DNA from: Clostridia bacterium
GTDB lineage: Bacteria > Bacillota > Clostridia > RUG12999
DNA length: 64,000 bases
Direction: 5' to 3'
Assembly: GCA_045633565.1 (NCBI GenBank)
Contig: JAZQYO010000030.1
Span: 26,075-90,074, forward strand
This document shows positions 59,689 through 64,000 of the stretch, piece by piece (positions within the stretch are counted from its first letter, which is position 1; every line of letters begins with the position of its first letter). Below the pieces are notes generated by a model. The model made no database searches and was not told the origin of the DNA. It saw only the letters and a list, made by a program, of their open reading frames with translations. A program made the translations under genes and the position numbers.

Positions 59689-62145
59689 ATGAAACTCGCA
59701 TTTTCAACTAAAAATGTAAATCGTGCATCTTTCCTCGATACCTGCCGTTATGCTTATGATTACGGATTTTCGGGATTTGAAATATATGATGCGGTTAAAG
59801 AAAGAAAGTCACATTATGACAGTATTCTCCGCAGTGACAGAGTGTCTGATGCAAAAAGAAAGCTTTTAAACCGCGGACTTTCTGTGTCTGCACTGACATA
59901 TCCTTGTTCGCTGGAAAGTGATGAGGCAACTTCAGAATCAATTGTGAAGTATGTGGATATGGCGGCAGGTGCGGCAATAGAACGTGTTATTGTCCGTGTT
60001 GAAAAGGAAACTGAAAACACAGTCCTTGCCCAAAAGCTCGGGGAAGCGATTAAAAGGGCAGAACAGGCAGATGTCCAGATTTTGATTGAAACGGTTGGGT
60101 ATCTTTCCAAAACTGAAAAGGTTATTGATATAATAAACTTTTTCTCTTCTGCGGCAGTTGGCGCTTCCTGGAATATCAGGGCGACATATTTTGATGCAGG
60201 AGAAAGTGGTGAAACAACCATTAAAAACTTAGGGGCATATATTAAATATGTGCGCCTGGGCGACATGGCAGACGGGAAAACGGTTCTTATTGGTGAAGGA
60301 GAACTTCCGGTAGATAAAATTGTAAATGCGCTTTCTTCACTGAACTACGATGGCTTCGTATGCGTAGCGTGGAATGAGGAAATTAACGATGCGGACATTG
60401 TTCTGACACATTTTGCAAACTATATCGCATCGCTGAGCAGGGACAAAAAGGAATATGACAAAGCATACTACAACAGAGCCAAAACAGGTACGTTTGTATG
60501 GAAAAAATACGATATTGTTGATGCTACATTCTCGGATGTTCTTGACACAATGGTGGAAAAATATCCTGACCAGTATGCTTTCAAATACACAACGCTTGAT
60601 TACACAAGAACTTATAAAGAGTTCCGCAGAGATGTTGATGAATGTGCAGCTGCACTCATTTCTCTCGGTGTAAAAGCAGGGGACCATGTTGCTGTCTGGG
60701 CAACAAATGTTCCGGCTTGGTTTATTACCTTTTGGGCAACAACCAAAATCGGGGCAGTTCTTGTAACAGTAAATACGGCTTATAAAATTCACGAAATTGA
60801 ATATCTTTTAAAACAGTCGGACACTCATACTCTTGTTATGATTGAGGATTGCAAGGACATTAACTACCGTGAAATTATTCGGGAGCTTTGCCCCGAGCTT
60901 GAAAATCTGCAGCCGGGAGATGCGTTATATACAAAAAATCTGCCATTTTTGCGCAATGTTATAACAGTAGGGTTTTCCATGCCCGGCTGTCTGACATGGG
61001 AGCAGATGCTTTCCCGTGCAAAAATGGTTCCGCATGAAGAGGTAAGAAGACGAGCATCACTCGTTAAGCCTGACGATGTATGTAATATGCAGTATACATC
61101 AGGCACAACAGGTTTCCCCAAAGGGGTTATGCTTACACACAGAAATATTGTAAATAACGGCAAAACCATCGGTGACAGAATGGATTTATCCACTGCTGAC
61201 CGTATGATGATTCAGGTGCCAATGTTCCACTGCTTCGGCATGGTACTTTCCATGACATCCATGATGACTCACGGTGGTACACTTTCGCCAATGCCATATT
61301 TCTCGCCAAAATCATCTCTGGCGTGCATCAACGAAGAACGCATAACCTGTTTCAACGGCGTTCCTACAATGTTTATTGCACTCTTCAACCATGCTGATTT
61401 TGCCAAAACCGATTTTTCATATATGCGCACCGGAATTATGGCGGGTGCAAACTGCCCGGCAGACCTTATGCGACGTGCAGCCGATGAAATGAATATGAAG
61501 GAAATCATTTCGGTTTACGGTCAGACAGAGGCGTCGCCTGGTTGTACAATGGGCGAGGTTAATGAAGATATTGACCACCGTGTTGAAACTGTCGGAAGTG
61601 CGTTCCCGGGAGTTGAATGTAAAATTATTGACCCCGAAACAGGGGAAGAACTCCCCGATGGCGAAAGCGGAGAGTTTGTTGCACGTGGATTTAACATCAT
61701 GAAAGGTTATTATAAAATGCCTGAAGCTACCGCGCAGACAATTGATGCTGACGGTTGGCTCCACTCAGGGGATATCTGTTGCCGTACCCCGGACGGATAC
61801 TATAAGGTAACGGGTCGTCTTAAGGATATGATTATCCCGGGCGGTGAGAACCTTTATCCTCGTGAGATTGAAGAATTTTATCTCACACACCCCAAAGTTC
61901 GTGACGTGCAGGTTGTAGGCGTTCCGGACGAAAGATACGGAGAAGAATGTTGCGCATGGATTATTCTTCATAAGGGGGAAGAATCGGACGAAAATGAAAT
62001 GCGTGAATTCGGTAATTCGGCAATTGCCCGTCATAAAGTTCCGAGATATTTTGTTTTCGTAAAAGAATTCCCGATGAATGCAGCGGGGAAAATTTTAAAA
62101 TACAAAATGCGTGAAGAATCAGCGCAGATGCTGGGGCTTAAATGA
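59689..62145 (+). CDS. Acyl-CoA synthetase (AMP-binding, fatty acyl-CoA ligase/YngI-like) fused to an N-terminal xylose-isomerase-like TIM barrel
   Basis: ATG at 59689 after GAGGAGG; N-terminal ~250 aa of the sugar-phosphate isomerase/epimerase (AP_endonuc_2) type; ANL motifs QYTSGTTGFPKG, YGQTE, GWLHSGD, GRLKD, terminal GKILK lysine. Confidence 0.9.
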   Translation: MKLAFSTKNVNRASFLDTCRYAYDYGFSGFEIYDAVKERKSHYDSILRSDRVSDAKRKLLNRGLSVSALTYPCSLESDEATSESIVKYVDMAAGAAIERVIVRVEKETENTVLAQKLGEAIKRAEQADVQILIETVGYLSKTEKVIDIINFFSSAAVGASWNIRATYFDAGESGETTIKNLGAYIKYVRLGDMADGKTVLIGEGELPVDKIVNALSSLNYDGFVCVAWNEEINDADIVLTHFANYIASLSRDKKEYDKAYYNRAKTGTFVWKKYDIVDATFSDVLDTMVEKYPDQYAFKYTTLDYTRTYKEFRRDVDECAAALISLGVKAGDHVAVWATNVPAWFITFWATTKIGAVLVTVNTAYKIHEIEYLLKQSDTHTLVMIEDCKDINYREIIRELCPELENLQPGDALYTKNLPFLRNVITVGFSMPGCLTWEQMLSRAKMVPHEEVRRRASLVKPDDVCNMQYTSGTTGFPKGVMLTHRNIVNNGKTIGDRMDLSTADRMMIQVPMFHCFGMVLSMTSMMTHGGTLSPMPYFSPKSSLACINEERITCFNGVPTMFIALFNHADFAKTDFSYMRTGIMAGANCPADLMRRAADEMNMKEIISVYGQTEASPGCTMGEVNEDIDHRVETVGSAFPGVECKIIDPETGEELPDGESGEFVARGFNIMKGYYKMPEATAQTIDADGWLHSGDICCRTPDGYYKVTGRLKDMIIPGGENLYPREIEEFYLTHPKVRDVQVVGVPDERYGEECCAWIILHKGEESDENEMREFGNSAIARHKVPRYFVFVKEFPMNAAGKILKYKMREESAQMLGLK

Positions 62146-62146
62146 T

Positions 62147-62176
62147 AAAACAGGGCTACTTCGGCAGCCCTGTTTT
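62147..62176 (+). terminator. Intrinsic terminator closing the T-box operon
   Basis: AAAACAGGGCT-ACTTCGGC-AGCCCTGTTTT. Confidence 0.85.
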
Positions 62177-62195
62177 AAATAATAAAGGTGTAGAT

Positions 62196-62339
62196 ATGAA
62201 AATTATTTTTGCAATTATTCTGGTAGCAGCGGTCTGTCTTTTCATATACCTTATCGGTAGAAAAGGGGATATAAAGAAAAATTGTAACAGCTGCATAAAC
62301 TGTCCCATAAAAGATTGCGCCGAAAGAAAAGAAGACTAA
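62196..62339 (+). CDS. Small membrane-anchored Cys-rich protein (FeoB-associated Cys-rich type), 47 aa
   Basis: ATG at 62196 after AAAGGTG; TM helix then CNSCINCP..C. Confidence 0.7.
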   Translation: MKIIFAIILVAAVCLFIYLIGRKGDIKKNCNSCINCPIKDCAERKED

Positions 62340-63076
62340 TTAAGGTCTATGTACTGTGAATTTGCGTAGCCGACTATTCCGTTATAACCAACAACATACC
62401 AGCCGTCGGTTGTTCCGTAAACGGTGACGGTTGCACCGTCGGGAATACCCCCTTTGCTGTAAGAAGCAGTTGTGGGACGGGTTCGGATATTTAGATATGC
62501 TCCATCTGAATCTACAGTTCCGGTGCGGATTGGCTGGGGCTCAATAAATGGAATGCCGAAAAAGTCGACAAGAGAGATTGAGACATTTTTGGCAATTAAT
62601 TCCACGTTATTTCTTATCCATGCGGCGTCCTGCGGATTGTCATGATACGCAAATTCGATAAATGCAGCAGGCGCACGGGTTTGAGTGACCTCGCCGATTG
62701 AGGTGGTGGCTTCTGCTCTTGCCGGGGTGGAATAGGGGTAGATTTCATCTAAATTATTAGCGATTATTGTCGACGCACGCTGACCTTCCGGGTCATTTGG
62801 GGAGTAAAACACAATCGGCCCCTGAAGCTGACCGGAAAGCTCATCGGGTGAGGCGTTTGAGTGAAGTGCGAGATGAAGGTCATAGTTTCCGGCGTTGGAC
62901 TGGATGATTGACTGGGCGGCATTCATCTGCGGAGAGTTGCGCGTAAACTGGATGCCGCTGGCAGTTAGATAAGGTTCCATTGCATCGGCAATAAGGTTCA
63001 TATAAAGCTCTTCGTTGCCACCGCCGACGTAAGGATTAAATTCCTGAGTGGATGGGCTTAAATATATTCTTGGCAT
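62336..63076 (-). CDS. N-acetylmuramoyl-L-alanine amidase (Amidase_3) with a C-terminal SH3b domain, likely sporulation-related
   Basis: IYLSPSTQE, EELYMN, LALHSNA, AFIEFAYHDN; SH3b LNIRTRP...GWYVVGYNGIVGY; no signal peptide. Confidence 0.88.
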   Translation of the reverse strand: MPRIYLSPSTQEFNPYVGGGNEELYMNLIADAMEPYLTASGIQFTRNSPQMNAAQSIIQSNAGNYDLHLALHSNASPDELSGQLQGPIVFYSPNDPEGQRASTIIANNLDEIYPYSTPARAEATTSIGEVTQTRAPAAFIEFAYHDNPQDAAWIRNNVELIAKNVSISLVDFFGIPFIEPQPIRTGTVDSDGAYLNIRTRPTTASYSKGGIPDGATVTVYGTTDGWYVVGYNGIVGYANSQYIDLN

Positions 63077-63194
63077 AAAGCATCTCCTTTTGTCCGCCCT
63101 GAGGCGGACTTTTTTACATATATATGCAGCTTAAAATAAAAATTGCATAACTTTTTAAAAGTAGTTTATCCTATAAAATAATATATAAAGTCAA

Positions 63195-63223
63195 TTGACA
63201 ACAAAGGTAAATTATGGTATAGT
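63195..63223 (+). promoter_or_regulatory. Sigma-A promoter of the oadG-biotin carrier operon
   Basis: TTGACA-N17-TATAGT with upstream TG. Confidence 0.7.
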
Positions 63224-63317
63224 GTACAATGGGGTGGGATTGAAAACAAATTTACCCCGACATAAATTTATTTAATAATTTTTTGTATAATGACAAGCAA
63301 AAAAAGGAGGTGCTTTT

Positions 63318-63605
63318 ATGATAAGCAACTGGTTTGTCGTAGCAATGGGTCTTGGCACAGTATTTGTAGGACTCATCTGTATTATTTTTATTTCAATGTT
63401 AATGAGCTTCATCTGCAGAGGCCTTGTTAAAAACAAGCCTGAGGAAAAGGCAGCGCCGAAAGCCCCGGTAGCGAAAGTATCCGCAGCGGCACCGGCAGAA
63501 ATCGCAAACAAACAGGAGTTTGTTGCGGCTGTTTCTGCGGCGATTGCTGAATTTTCAGGATGCAGCGCAGAAGCTATCAGAATTCACTCAATCAAAAAAG
63601 TTTAA
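63318..63605 (+). CDS. Na+-translocating decarboxylase gamma/delta subunit (OadG family)
   Basis: MGLGTVFVGLICII TM helix, Ala/Pro linker, VAAVSAAIAE...IHSIKKV. Confidence 0.88.
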   Translation: MISNWFVVAMGLGTVFVGLICIIFISMLMSFICRGLVKNKPEEKAAPKAPVAKVSAAAPAEIANKQEFVAAVSAAIAEFSGCSAEAIRIHSIKKV

Positions 63606-63631
63606 GTTAAAAACAGAAAGGAACAATTATT

Positions 63632-63985
63632 ATGAAAACATATCGTGTAAACGTTAACGGAACAAACTATGAAATCCAGGTTGAAGAAATTTCAGCATCA
63701 GAAGCTAAAAGTGCTCCTGCTCAGGTACCCGCTCAGGCACCTGCGGCAGCTCCTGTGGCAGCTCCGGCCGGCGGTGAAGCAGTAAACAGCCCTATGCCCG
63801 GCACAATACTTTCAGTTAATGTTAAAGCAGGGGACGCTGTTAAAGCAGGCGACGTACTTATGATTCTTGAAGCTATGAAAATGGAAAACGAAATTTGTGC
63901 TCCTTGTGATGGCACAGTTGCGTCAGTTTCTGTAAATCAGGGCGCAACAGTTGAAACAGGCACACCTCTCTGCACAATTGCTTAA
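63632..63985 (+). CDS. Biotin carboxyl carrier protein of a Na+-translocating decarboxylase (MmdC/GcdC-like)
   Basis: [10 protein letters not shown], Ala/Pro linker, [16 protein letters not shown] biotinylation motif; an RBS (GGAGG) for a following gene lies at the window edge. Confidence 0.93.
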   Translation: MKTYRVNVNGTNYEIQVEEISASEAKSAPAQVPAQAPAAAPVAAPAGGEAVNSPMPGTILSVNVKAGDAVKAGDVLMILEAMKMENEICAPCDGTVASVSVNQGATVETGTPLCTIA

Positions 63986-64000
63986 GTCACCGGAGGATTA

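Noticed and set aside
61828-61850. IIPGGEN instead of the usual IIRGGEN in the acyl-CoA ligase
   Set aside because: A single-residue difference that could be a natural variant or a base-call error; the core adenylation motifs are intact, so it does not show inactivation
63700-63780. Ala/Pro-rich quasi-repeats (gctcctg/gcacctg) in the biotin carrier and OadG genes
   Set aside because: Normal flexible linkers of these subunit families
49-63915. The many 60-190 aa antisense or alternate-frame ORFs in the track (e.g. 5228-5773, 15803-16375, 27513-27965)
   Set aside because: They lie wholly within well-supported genes, lack RBSs and family motifs, and are expected shadow ORFs
1-64000. CRISPR array, integrase, transposase, prophage or rRNA genes
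   Set aside because: No regularly spaced direct repeats, no recombinase, transposase or phage motifs in any ORF, and no duplicated tRNA 3' end (att site) near the tRNA cluster

Overview
A 64-kb, gene-dense chromosomal segment from an AT-rich, probably spore-forming Clostridia (Bacillota) genome. Most of it is housekeeping: tex, msmX, mreB-like, lepA-hemW-pgi, thrC, prmC-prfA-dusB, hflX-yigZ, comEC-holA, carD-ispD-ispF-proS-mrp, pflB-pflA, galT-galK, hslO and a five-tRNA cluster (Val, Asp, Phe, Gly, Cys). Two riboswitch-type leaders are recognisable: a ZMP/ZTP (pfl) riboswitch before pflB and a T-box with a CUC (Leu) specifier at about 58 kb. No CRISPR array, integrase, transposase, prophage or rRNA was seen. 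The strongest novelty candidate is the Leu T-box operon. It encodes a LeuA-like protein that lacks the catalytic and metal-binding motifs but keeps the leucine-binding regulatory domain, followed by an acyl-CoA ligase fused to a degenerate TIM barrel. My hypothesis is a leucine-sensing branched-chain-acid activation module. Other notable items are two GTAG-type REP doublets flanking the U32 gene, a ~1180-aa SLH surface protein with an unrecognised ~950-aa body, an EPS regulatory module (CapD-like protein, fused BY-kinase, PHP phosphatase) with no glycosyltransferases in the window, a DUF2156-GNAT pair, and split Na+-decarboxylase modules. All assignments come from motif recognition by eye; no database searches were run.
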